Shown here one piece after another: positions 36,871 to 48,031 of a stretch of DNA of 64,000 nucleotides; position 1 is the first letter of the stretch; every line of letters starts with the position of its first letter. The stretch is from Octopus sinensis (Eukaryota). The stretch is taken from positions 166,222,001 to 166,286,000 of the forward strand of contig NC_042999.1 of the NCBI RefSeq assembly GCF_006345805.1, given 5' to 3'. The notes beneath the pieces are model-generated. The model was not told where the DNA came from. It did not search any database and was given only the letters and a program-made list of their open reading frames with translations. The translations under genes were made by a program, and so were the position numbers.

Positions 36871-37108
36871 TGTATGCATGCATGTATGTTTGTATGTATG
36901 TATGTATGTACGTACGTACGTACGTACGTATGTATGTATGTATGTATATATGTATGTATGTACGTAGGTATGTATGTACGTACGTATGTATGTATGTATG
37001 TATGTATGTATGTATGTATGTATGTATGTATGTATGCATGCATGCATGTATGTATGTATGTATGTATGTATGTATGTATGTATGTATGTATGTATGTATG
37101 TATGTATG
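35277..37108. repeat. 1.8-kb compound (TG)n/(TATG)n/(TACG)n microsatellite
   Basis: Directly visible; internal block duplications (for example the rare GAGTGTATG at 35701 and 36361). Confidence 0.98.
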
Positions 37109-37180
37109 AGCTGTTTTCTAACCTTGATTGGGTATTTTTGTATGTATGTGTGCAGATTTGTAAGTTTTTTTATGTATGTA

Positions 37181-37260
37181 CTAGCTGAATAGCCCATCGT
37201 TGCCGGGCAATTTTTATAATAGAATGTCTTATATAAATTTTTGTTTATTCCGTGGCAGAC
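37181..37260 (-). mobile_element. Helitron 3' end (5' end not identified)
   Basis: Minus strand GCCC-GGCAACGAT-GGGC hairpin, then CAGCTAG|T. The right-hand boundary is approximate. Confidence 0.6.
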
Positions 37261-37773
37261 CATACCCCCCCCCCCACCGACAGATAAGCCTCTTGATCAG
37301 GACAGATTTGTGCAATTTTGTTAATGATTTTTCTCTTTCTTTTTTGAATTATTTACACGTCTGTTCGACGTTTCACATGATTTTATTCATTAAAACTTAT
37401 TAAAACCAGACGTTCACATAACAATGGTCATCGTAATGCTGTGCTTTCGTTAGTTTGATAAAAATTCCTCCTCGTAATGATTTTGCTTTCATTTTGTGAT
37501 AGACAGCTATCATGCAGAAAATGCCAGCTTCCAAGTCCTGTTTTCTGATTAGGTAAATTTAATTAAAATTTAAACCCTAGTAACACTTTTCTGCATTTTT
37601 TCTGGAACAAATAAATAACAAAATCGGATTTAAGATGGAAAATTATTTCAATATACCAAATTTGAATATTTTGACGTAATTTTAGAATTTCACAATATGT
37701 GACAGCAACAGGGAAGACCCCTACAAAAATAGAAAGACAGACGGTTATAGGACATAAAACACACAAATGCACG

Positions 37774-37879
<106 letters not shown>

Positions 37880-37900
37880 AATACATTTACAAACTTACAC

Positions 37901-38315
37901 GGCGCAGGAGTGGCTGTGTGGTAAGTAGCTTGTTTACCAACCACATGGTTCCGGGTTCAGTCCTACTGCGTGGCATCTTGGGCAAGTGTCTTCTGCTATA
38001 GCCCCGGGCCGACCAATGCCTTGTGAGTGGATTTGGTAGACGGAAACTGAAAGAAGCCTGTCGTACATATGTATATATATATATATGTGTGTATGTGTGT
38101 GTTTGTGTGTCTGTGTTTGTCCCCCCAGCATTGCTTGACAACCGATGCTGGTGGGTTTATGTCCCTGTTACTTAGCGGTTCGGCAAAAAGAGACCGATAG
38201 AATAAGTACTGGGCTTACAAAGAATAAGTCCCGGGGTTGATTTGCTCGACTAAAAGGCGGTGCTCCAGCATGGCCGCAGTCAAATGACTGAAACAAGTAA
38301 TAGAGTAATAGAGTA
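37901..38315 (+). mobile_element. SINE family A, full length
   Basis: Near-identical to 7300-7715. Confidence 0.92.
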
Positions 38316-38406
38316 GGTAATCACGAGTTTAAAATGGTGTATAGTAGACATATATACATATGTATGCATGCATTATGTATGTATGCATGCATTATGTATG
38401 TATGTA

Positions 38407-38448
<42 letters not shown>

Positions 38449-38904
38449 TGTGTCTGTGTGTGTGTGTCTGTGTGTGATTGTTTCTTTGTTATGGACAGCA
38501 GAAGAAGGAAACAGGTGTTACGGTATGCATCCATCTACTGGTTGCATATCCTTGACTTCTGGCACACTTCATTGGCTAATTAAGAATATTACAATTATCA
38601 CGTAATTCCCAACTCCCAGAAACAGCATTCACCCCTTAGTTTTCTGGATTTTTTGTACTCTGTCTACATTTATTTATACACGAGTGTTCATCTTCATAAT
38701 ATTTTCAGTTTTTGTATATCTCAATACGTGGGAATTTTGACAGAGAATTTGCTAAGAAATATAAGGGATGGGGAATTTTCCCTCAAGGGAAGAGAACCGC
38801 TCAGGACTTATAAACCTTTTCCTTTTGCTTTATTATTATTTTGCGTTGTCATTTTCTTATATATCTCTATATATATCTACAAGTGTATCATCATCATCAT
38901 CATC

Positions 38905-39122
38905 ATTGTCGTTTAACGTCCGCTTTCCATGCTAGCATGGGTTGGACGATTTTGACTGTGGGCTGGCGAACCAGATGGCTGCACCAGACTCCAATCTGAT
39001 CTGGCAGAGTTTCTACAGCTGGATGCCCTTCCTAACGCCAACCACTCCGAGAGTGTAATGGGTGCTTTCACGTGCCACCGGCACGGGGGCCAGTCAGGCG
39101 GTACTGGCAACGATCTCGCTCA
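38905..39122 (-). mobile_element. SINE/LINE 3' tail ending in (GAT)n
   Basis: Minus strand GGTTGGCGTTAGGAAGGGCATCCAGC..GGACGTTAAACGAC followed by (GAT)n; resembles RTE-type 3' tails (from memory). Confidence 0.55.
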
Positions 39123-39279
39123 AATATGTACGTATATATTTTGTATATCAAATCCAATTGTGTTTTTCTGTGTCACTATCTCCATATCAGCTCACCTGGA
39201 TTCCTCTTGTAGCTACATATTACCCATCCCGCGGACTTGGTCTTCAACAAAGACTTCGAAGAGTAAGTTTAAATCACTT

Positions 39280-39280
<1 letters not shown>

Positions 39281-39344
<64 letters not shown>
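39281..39344. repeat. (CTA)n microsatellite
   Basis: Directly visible. Confidence 0.97.
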
Positions 39345-39345
<1 letters not shown>

Positions 39346-39789
39346 AATTACGTGTCTTCTATATTGAGCCATCAACATCTCATACAGCAATTTGTCCTAT
39401 TTGTGTGACGCAATTGCAGATCAGCAACAGCTGTCTTTAACCTACACTTCAGGCCAGCGACTTAAAACTCGTTTCGGAACCGGCATTGATAAGCAGCAAG
39501 ACATTGTGAAACTTCCGAATAATTTTCTTTCGCTTATCTCTAAAGAATACTGTATTTTTAACACTATATGTAGTTAATGAGATCTTACCCAGACGAAATA
39601 CCGCAGCTTCTGAAGTTTAACAACATATACATAAAGAATGTAATAGTAATAATGTTTATATTATTTAGCTGCTTCTAGCACATAATTTGAGTATATATAT
39701 TTACATCACACGCGCACGTACGCACACACGTACACACACACCCTCACACACACCCTCACACAAACATACGTTTGTTTACTTTCATCGTA

Positions 39790-40455
39790 ATTTGAATATA
39801 TCAATCATCCTTTTCCAAGTAAGTTTTATCTTAATAATTATGATGCGCACTCTTCTTCTTTACTATTTCTTCTCTGTCTATCTCTCCCCCTTTTGTTCTT
39901 CATCCTTTCTGGTTTTCTCTCTCACCCTTCCCTATTCTTCTCGTCTCCCCTTCACCGTTCCCTCTCTCTTACTTCTCCTCCTCAACTCTCTCGTCGCTTA
40001 CACATGATCAGAGGGGAAGCTTATCCTGTCTCTTCCATAAGCTGTCTCCTTAAACCTTCAGAATAATTTTTCCATCGTCTTGGCTTAACAACCCTCATCG
40101 TTTGTTTTTATTGTTTTGTTCTCATTGTTCTGTCCTTTACTGTTTTTACTTTTTTATTGTTTTTACTGTTTTGTTCTTACTGTCCTGTTCTCTGCAAAAA
40201 ATCCCAAATTTTATTTAATTTGCTTTGCGGGAGGGACTGTTTCAACGAAGTCGCGTCTTGTCCTTACCTTCGTAACGCGGAGTAGATGAAACAGGGACAA
40301 CTGAAGAAGGGGAATATTCCTTGTATTGTATGTCTTGTTTCTCTGCTTTTTTCGTTGTTTGAAAAAAAGTTCGTTTCTTATGTTATTTCTTTTTATATTT
40401 TCGTTTCTCATTGTGTTCAACGTTTTTTTGATGTCCTGTACCCATATATGCATGT
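39790..40455 (+). mobile_element. (TA)n-anchored repeat, probable PLE pseudo-LTR (family P4), copy 2
   Basis: Homologous to 18350-18945; donor-like AA|GTAAGT near 39820; CTGAAGA at 40301-40307; ends at (TA)n. Confidence 0.5.
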
Positions 40456-40520
40456 ATATATACATATATATATATGTAGGTATGTACATATATGTATATA
40501 TGCATATATTTATATATATC

Positions 40521-40553
<33 letters not shown>

Positions 40554-40567
40554 ATATTATATATATT

Positions 40568-40632
<65 letters not shown>

Positions 40633-40684
40633 TATATGTAAGCAAAATATTCAAACACTAAGATTTGAAATAAGATATCGTTAC

Positions 40685-40935
40685 TACTCTTTTACTCGTT
40701 TCAGTCATTTGACTGTGGCCATGCTGGAGCACCACCTTTAGTCGAGCAAATCGACCCCAGGAATTATTCTTTGTAAGCCTAGAACTTATTCTATCGGTCT
40801 GTTTTGCCGAACCGCTAAGTTACGGGGACGTAAACACACCAACATCGGTTGTCAAGCGATGTTGGGGGACAAACACACACAAACACACACACACATATAT
40901 GTATACATATACATATATACGACGGGCTTCTTTCA
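40685..40935 (-). mobile_element. SINE family A, 3' half
   Basis: Matches the family A tail; the head is missing. Confidence 0.85.
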
Positions 40936-41542
40936 ACCTGCTAGAAATAAGCGCTAAAGTCTTAATGAAGCCACCGTATAACACCAAGATAACAGAGAAA
41001 TAACAGTAGGCGAGGAAACATAAAGAATTAATATAGTCAAAAGCACAACTATAAAAGATTACGCTGTTCAGGACATGCATATACCCTGGTTTCGGCTTTT
41101 AGAACATTTAATCTATGTTACTACAGTTGATACCATCAATTTTAAATTTTATCCACAGATGATATTAACAGTAGTGATATCTTATTTCAAATGCTAGTGT
41201 TTGAATGTTTTGCTTATAAATATTTCTGCACCATGTGCTGTGTTTTTGGCACAAAACAAAATCAGTACACTAACGGAGTTTAACGTGGCGTCCTCGAATT
41301 TTTACTCGGTAGTCCACACTGAAGAGACTCAAGGATTAAATTTTCCAAAAACCGAAACCCGGATATGTGGGTGTCCTAAACTGCATAATCTTACAATTGT
41401 GCTTTTGAGTGTATTAATTCTTTCCGTTTCCTCGCATACTGTTATATCTCTGTTATCTTGGTGCTGTACGGTGGCTTAATTAAGACTTTAGGTCTTATTA
41501 CTAGCAGGTGTATGCTTTTATGCATCCTTATGCTTCGTGCAA

Positions 41543-41585
<43 letters not shown>

Positions 41586-41586
<1 letters not shown>

Positions 41587-41793
41587 GCCATGTTGATTCG
41601 TTAGCTACTGCACGCATTTTTTTTCTCCTTCTTTCTGTGTTTTTCTCTCTCTGTGTATCTTCTGTTGAAGAGCGTAGGCTCGAAACGTTAAAGACTTGTT
41701 TTATTTATATTTCCTGAGCGCCATACTAATACAATTGTTCGTTTGTTTTCCACCTGCCTTCGTCTTTTGTTTATTTTCATAAAGCTTCCCGTT
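41586..41793 (+). mobile_element. Unit of about 200 bp between two (TA)n arrays (family P3, hammerhead-like, PLE-tail-like)
   Basis: Homologous to 62331-62519 on the opposite strand; both copies are bounded by TA repeats. Confidence 0.7.
41658..41694 (+). ncRNA. Minimal type I hammerhead-like motif (P3)
   Basis: UCUU-CUGUUGA-A-GAGC GUAG GCUC-GAAA-CGU-UA-AAGA; U replaces the conserved A6. Confidence 0.45.
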
Positions 41794-41794
41794 A

Positions 41795-41833
<39 letters not shown>

Positions 41834-41838
41834 TACAT

Positions 41839-41933
<95 letters not shown>

Positions 41934-42050
41934 AAGTATAGGAAAGAATGGAGCTGAACGAAGATTTAACAAAGTTCCTTTATTTTATTTTCGACATATG
42001 TTTCGAAGTCTGCAAAATCCCTAATTCCGAATGAATAAGGAGTCTGGCGT

Positions 42051-42236
42051 TTGAAGAACGCAAATTCAACTTTTAAGCTGGAATGGTCAATATTATCGGT
42101 GTCCTTACCGTTTGATAAGGGCAGAAAAATTTGTGCCCTCTGTAATTCCGAACTCTTTCATATTCTGTTTGCTCGAGGCCAAGTAATAAACTCGATTGTC
42201 GAGAGATCTTTCAGATGCCTTCACTCATACCAATGA
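42051..42236 (+). pseudogene. PLE GIY-YIG endonuclease C-terminal remnant
   Basis: LEWSILS..PFDKGRKICALCNSELFHIL...INSIVERSFRCLH matches the W.IL..CxLC.E..I...N......C.H tail of PLE endonucleases. Confidence 0.7.
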
Positions 42237-42679
42237 AGTCTAATATAGATAACCCCTGGACTTCCTATAAAATTAATTTGTGATATCTCATCCCTTTAGT
42301 TTATAAGACTTTCTCATAATTACTAAGAACTACTACCAATTCCAGCAGTAACCTTGTCTCTTGTCATTACTATTGTGGCTCTTTCTACCCTCTCCCTCTT
42401 AAGTTGACTCATTCGAACACACAGACACAGTCTTTTCATCTCCTGACCGTTAATTCTTTTTCTCTGCCTTCTACACACACATTCACTCATTCACAGACAC
42501 ACACACACATTAAGGCAAATTTACACACTCATACATACGAGCACTCGTTCATAAAATAAATCAAATATAAACACCAGTCATACAGAATACATTCCCTCAC
42601 TTTAATTTTCCTTTACCTTCCTTCACCAACCTGATTGAACCCTTGAATTATTTTAACTGACATTTTCTCCTACTTTCAA

Positions 42680-42706
42680 CCAATCTGGCGTCACCCCCTA
42701 TAAATA
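42680..42706 (+). promoter_or_regulatory. Candidate Pol II promoter in the PLE pseudo-LTR
   Basis: CCAAT (42680-42684), CRE-like TGGCGTCA and TATAAATA (42699-42706), about 80 bp upstream of the hammerhead fold. Confidence 0.4.
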
Positions 42707-42784
42707 GACACTATTTATCATTATCTCTATGGGCTCCTAGTGAGCGGTCATCGAAAAACTTGTTGTGCATTTTGTTGGAGAATT

Positions 42785-42895
42785 AAGTTCCTGGATTTTC
42801 CTGAAGAGAAAGCTGCATAATGGACTCCTTATTCATTCGGAATTAGGGATTTTGCAGACTTCGAAGCATATGTCGAAAATAAAATAAAGGAACTT
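42785..42895 (+). ncRNA. Type I hammerhead ribozyme fold (P2) with an A15.1-to-G substitution
   Basis: Stem I AUUUUC/GAAAAU plus distal AAGUUCCU/AGGAACUU; CUGAAGA; stem II closed by G-C with CUGCA/UGCAG; GAAG in place of GAAA; palindromic CAUAUG; GUC site, predicted cut after 42874. The inverted arm retains GAAA. Confidence 0.72.
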
Positions 42896-43104
42896 TGTTA
42901 AATCTTCGTTCAGCTCCATTCTTTCCTATACTTAGTATATTAAATTAAACTTCAAATTTCCGCACTAAGGCACGGATTTTATGCCCTATGGTCGTAACTT
43001 CAACCGTGCTTTTTCTGTTGTGAGTTTGCTACCCAGGTATCGGTTATCTTTCGAATTATCCGAAATAAGATAATTCATTTGTCTACTTAAATACATATAT
43101 ATAT

Positions 43105-43106
<2 letters not shown>

Positions 43107-43145
<39 letters not shown>

Positions 43146-43154
43146 TAGACAGAC

Positions 43155-43238
<84 letters not shown>
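43107..43238. repeat. (GACA)n-(GATA)n microsatellite
   Basis: Directly visible. Confidence 0.97.
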
Positions 43239-43239
<1 letters not shown>

Positions 43240-43511
43240 TATTAACTGAAATGCATAATATTATATATCCATTACGGCTGATCTTACCAATCGGTTTCGC
43301 GCGAGGAATACAATTGAGTGTTCGGTACGAATCCAATTATAATAACCTTACAGTTATCAGAGTTAGCCAATATGGAATGGAATATGGCGACTGTTCTCTA
43401 TTGTCGGAGGTGAATTGACACATCCGGTTTGCGGTTGCTGTGAAAAGGGTAGCTCCGGGATGCGATTTCATCATCTGGGTTCGTCAATTTCCGTAAAATT
43501 TTTTTATTTAT

Positions 43512-43595
43512 TTACTTTTGTTTCAAAGTGAAAGAGAGGAGAAAGTGAAATATGAATGTAGATGTATATGAAATAGACGTGTGTGTGTATGTGAA

Positions 43596-43630
<35 letters not shown>

Positions 43631-43851
43631 TAGGAAGAGTCAGAGGGGAAGTGAGACAGAAAAAGAGAGAGGGAGAGAGTGAGTGAAGGGGTGTATTGTC
43701 ATACATACATCAATATATATGCGTACATCATTTTTGTATGTGTGTGTGCGTGTGTGTGTGTGTGTGTTTGTGTGTGTGAGAGAGAGAAAGAGTGAATGAG
43801 TGAGTGAACGTGTTCTCGTGCATGTGTAAGTGACACACTCTCTTTCTCACT

Positions 43852-43885
<34 letters not shown>

Positions 43886-43958
43886 TACACGTCCTTTTCA
43901 TATACACTTTTCATACCTCTTTCGCTTTCTCCTCTCTTTCACTTTAAAACAAAAGTAA
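43512..43958. mobile_element. MITE/foldback-like element whose inverted arms include (GA)n/(GT)n tracts
   Basis: TTACTTTTGTTTCAAAGTGAAAGAGAGGAGAAAG (43512) versus CTTTCTCCTCTCTTTCACTTTAAAACAAAAGTAA (ending 43958); complementarity continues inward. Confidence 0.55.
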
Positions 43959-44652
43959 CGCGATTTTCAGGATAAAGATTGTTTTAAAAAATGCTTTTAC
44001 TTATGTAAATTGGTTACTATTTTATTTCGTTTTTGGATTTGGTTTGCATATTCTGTTGAAGCATATTCTGTTGTGTCTGGGGAGAGTCATTTTCTTTCTG
44101 TGCCTTATAATGTAACACACTCACCGGTAAAATTTCCACTTTTTTCTTATTTCTATTTTCCTAAGATTTTCGTTGCGTCTTGCAACCTTTTCAATAGTTT
44201 TGACTCTGTTCGTTATTTACACTGCGTTCCCTTTTCTTTGTTTGTGCGCATGTGTGTGGGTCAGTGTGTGTGTGTGTGTGCCTATACATGTATGTACGTA
44301 TGCATGTGTGTGTTTGCATGTGTATGTATATATGTGTGTGTATGCATATGTATATATGTATGTACGTATTCTGCATATTTATGTGCTTGCCTGTCCGTGT
44401 TTGTGTATTTTCTATGTATGTGAGCATGTGTTTGTATATGTATGCACCTCTGCCTCCTTGTGTGTGCATATCTGCGTGTGTGTGTGTGTGTGTTATGCAA
44501 CTATGTACCATGTTTGTATGTGTGGATGTGCATCTTTATATGTGTGGATCCGTGTCTCCATTTGTGTCTGTTCCTATAGTCTATATACCTATCCGTCTTT
44601 ATATTGATCTGTTTATTTACATATCTATATGCTCACGTACAGAAAAAAAGTG

Positions 44653-44700
<48 letters not shown>

Positions 44701-44804
44701 TATATCTACCTACCTAACCACTAACTATCTACCTAACAGTCCACTAACTATTCTGCTCTACCTGTGTAATCTGTGGGTATGGAGGTATGGTATTTACTAT
44801 GTAT

Positions 44805-45039
44805 TAAAGGCGGTGGGCTGGCAGAAACGTTAGCACGCCGGGCGAAATGCGTAGCCGTATTTCGTCTATCGCTACGTTCTGAGTTCAAATTCCGCCGAGG
44901 TCGACTTTGCCTTTCATCCTTTCGGGGTCGATTAAATAAGTACCAGTTACGCACTGGGGTCGATATAATCGACTTAATCCGTTTGTCTGTCCTTGTTTGT
45001 CTTCTCTGTGTTTAGCCCCTTGTGGGTAGTAAAGAAATA
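44805..45039 (+). mobile_element. SINE family B with 16-bp TSD
   Basis: GGTATTTACTATGTAT duplicated at 44789-44804 and 45040-45055; B-box-like GAGTTCAAATTCC. Confidence 0.9.
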
Positions 45040-45109
45040 GGTATTTACTATGTATATTTCCTATTTAGTATTGGGGAGGTTTCATTGTTTGGATAGATCC
45101 AATTAAATA

Positions 45110-45560
45110 AATCTAGAAGTTAGGTTAAATATATATACATGCCTAAGTACCGAGAATTCCCATTCTATAAAATGGCAAACAATTCCGTGAATACTTTACC
45201 GGGCAACGCTGAGTGGTAAGTCTAGTATATACTACATATGTGGGAAATTCTGTTTGTGGGTGTATTAGTGGAGTTGTTAGCTAACTCCTCCTAGATCGTT
45301 TTATCGATTTTAATGAAACTTGACCAGTGAGTACAGCACTGGTGTTCAGCCCTTGCAGCAGCAGTTGAGGCAGCATCAGCAGTTTGTCGAACTGGACACT
45401 GGTCATCTGTTCGGAGTGCTCTTGAAGTGGCTGCACGTTCAGCATTTTGTGATCGTCTGATGTCAGTTTGGACAGACGATTCATTGGTCCTCCTTGCTGA
45501 TGATCTTGCAGCTTTCACAGTTTTTCGTCCAATTGAAGAACTCTTCCTTCGGGGCATGAT
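45110..45560. mobile_element. Helitron remnants: 3' end (CTAG at 45222-45225), a Helitron-like 5' segment, and an antisense RepHel N-terminal fragment
   Basis: ACCGGGCAACGCTGAGT..CTAG|T; GAAATTCTGTTTG shared with the H2 5' end; minus-strand MPRRKSSSIGRK..RTNESSVQ..RSQNAERAA..RA resembles the basic/repeat N-terminus of Helitron RepHel proteins. Confidence 0.5.
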
Positions 45561-46661
45561 AAAAAATAAGCATGATGAGTTAAGTATTAAATATTAATTA
45601 AAGGGTTAGTATGTAAGTGTAGATAAGTTGCAAACTTGCGACTGTTGCAGTAATAATGAAGAGGGAGTAGAACGGTAAATGTGTAAAATAAGATGGCGTT
45701 AGTGTTATGACATGAAAATGAAAATGGAAACAGTTGTGAAAGGCAAGGTGAGAGAAATGGTAAGAGCAACGGAGAAAGTGGTTATGAATTGCGTTGGGAA
45801 TGTTGGGTGTTGTTTGTCAATGTTGCTCTGTCGTATAGACTGGTTGGGGAAAGGGTTAATGAAAGAGCAAATGGATGAATCGCTTAGCTTTGTTTAGTGG
45901 TGCTCGTGGGGCAGAAGCTGCTGTCGATGCTGCATGTGAGTGTAGGAATGGTTAAAACGAGGTGAAATCGAAACATTTATAACTAAATTCATTCTTCTTT
46001 TGATTTGGATTATATATTTCTCTAGATATATAGACACTTAGTGTGATGAGTCTGGAATTTCTGTATCAGCGGACTTTCAATTTTCCTCGAGATTGCTATT
46101 CGAAAATATAGGTACCCAGGAGCTTTGGGTCACTGCTGCATTGAAAGTACACAGACATTCTTAAGTTAATTCGTTACAGACAGCCATTTATTCATTCGTC
46201 GGTATAGTGGCCTCCTGGCTTGCTAATGTCATTTATATTTTATTTTGCTAAAGTTCCCTAAAGTCCAACTCCTCGCTGAATATGTTGTTGGTCCAATTTT
46301 GGGTGTCCGGTGTTAAATTGTCATTCTGTTTATTTTGTAAAGAACAATAAAAGCGACCAACAAAAGATATGAACGCCTGAAAACAACCTGAACATAAAAG
46401 GATACAAACGACAACAACCAAGCCAAAATCTCTAGCGAAACAGGATATGGTTCATTAACAAAGCAGTATAAACTTATTCAACAGACGATAGTTAGTGGGA
46501 AGACTTCTGGAAATGCTATCTACATAAAATGTTTTTTCAAAAAGAATGTCCTCAAAAACGGTATACAGATACATATTAACGAAACCTGCCTATCAATGAA
46601 AACGTTATTCAGGACAAACACCAAATTAGGAAATGAAAAGACGACGACTGATTATAAATAA

Positions 46662-46989
46662 CTAGCAGTATCGCCCGGCGTTGCTCGGGTTTGTAAGGGA
46701 AATAACTATATAAACATGCAAAAAAATGCATTAAAAATGGAAAAAAAATTATGGTAAATTTTTTTTAAATCGTTGACTCATCGTAGACATTTTTAGAGAG
46801 TTACTTGATGGTAAATTATTTTTTAAATCGTAGACTCATCGTAGACGCTTGCTAATACCCAGAAGGGCTCGATATGAATCACGACTATAAGATACCCGGT
46901 TTTGGTTAAACTGCACCGCAAAATGTGGGAGTAGTTAGGAATCTAAATCGTAGGAGACAGACACACAACTTGACTTTTATATGTAAAGA
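46662..46989 (-). mobile_element. Non-autonomous Helitron H1 (short variant)
   Basis: TC and hairpin-CTAG ends on the minus strand; A/T target. Confidence 0.92.
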
Positions 46990-47580
46990 TATGTATTAAT
47001 GTATGAGAGTAATACACACAGATGTAAGAATACAGCTGTTATTGGTTTATGTAAGGCGTATCTTCACACCCCAAACACTGCTGGCTTAAGACCTCTTCAA
47101 AATGGGTGGGGGTGATGCTTCGCTATAAAGGTAAACACTATGTGATTATCTCCCTTTGCCATTGGCCATCGAGCTTCGGCCGCACCGCTATCTTGCAGTC
47201 ATCAAAGAACCACGAAGGTAAACGATTGTCTCCCTTCAGCGTTGGCTCTTGGCTTCCGGCTATCGCGTCGCAGGAATCTTCTAAAATGCTAGCATAACCT
47301 GAACATCTCTGTCCTGGAGTTCAGGATGCTCCCTGGAACGAGCGAGTCTTTTAGGTTTCTCGTGCGTTCGGTAGAGCATAACTTGCAACGTTTCGTCCTG
47401 TTGATACAGGGGCCTAGGTTCTCAGTATTTTCCATACGATCTCATCGTCTCTTAGTTACCAGATATGGCTGGCCAGCGATGACACGTATCTCCTTTCCGG
47501 GACTCTGAAAGAGGACAAATGATTGGAAAGACGCTGTTTGAGAGAATCGCCAGTGCATCCCACGTATTTCTGTGTGCGCC
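46990..47580 (-). mobile_element. 5'-truncated Penelope-like element (GIY-YIG endonuclease end and 3' region)
   Basis: Minus strand QKYVGCTGDSLKQRLSNHLSSFR.PERRYVSSLASHIW.LRD..IVWKIL, then after a frameshift KRCKLCSTER...ILNSRTEMFRLC.H. Confidence 0.85.
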
Positions 47581-47664
47581 GACATCCACACCCACAGAAA
47601 TATGTGGGATGCAAGTTGGGATTCTCTCAAACAGCGTCTTTCCAATCATTTGTCCTCCTTCAGA
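47504..47664. repeat. Fold-back inverted repeat at the 5'-truncated end of the PLE (arms of about 72 bp)
   Basis: TCTGAAAGAGGACAAATGATTGGAAAGACGCTGTTTGAGAGAATC.. mirrored on the right; a few mismatches and indels; loop of about 15 nt. Confidence 0.93.
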
Positions 47665-47919
47665 CCGATAGGCTTACAAAGGATAAGCCCTGGGGTCGAT
47701 TCGTTCAACTAAAAGTGGTGCTCCAGCATGGCCGCAATCAAATGACGGAAAGAAGTAAGAGAATAAAAGAAAGAATATATACATATATACATATTGATTT
47801 CAAATTTTGGCACAAGGCAAAGTCGACTCCGGTGGCGTTTGAACCCAGATAGATAGATAAGATGCCTCTAGACATCTTGCCTGGCATACTAACAATTTTT
47901 CTAGCTCATGTGTGTGTGT

Positions 47920-47957
<38 letters not shown>

Positions 47958-47997
47958 TGTGTATATACATACATACATACATACATACATACATACA

Positions 47998-48028
<31 letters not shown>

Positions 48029-48031
48029 TTA

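Larger units (their letters stand above)
41934..42933 (+). mobile_element. Penelope-like element remnant with 111-bp outward-facing inverted ends (family P2)
   Basis: 41934-42044 is the reverse complement of 42823-42933 (1 mismatch). Contains a GIY-YIG C-terminal remnant, a promoter-like block and a hammerhead fold; left flank is (TA)n. Confidence 0.8.

Noticed and set aside
35188-37263. ORFs of 400-690 aa (HTYI/VCMY repeats)
   Set aside because: Translation of a stop-free (TG)/(TATG) microsatellite, open in several frames on both strands.
46020-46660. Possible PLE N-terminal coding relic (..IHINETCL..) and a GTGATGA-stem motif
   Set aside because: The similarity is too short to support by eye, and the motif has no GAAA after the stem.
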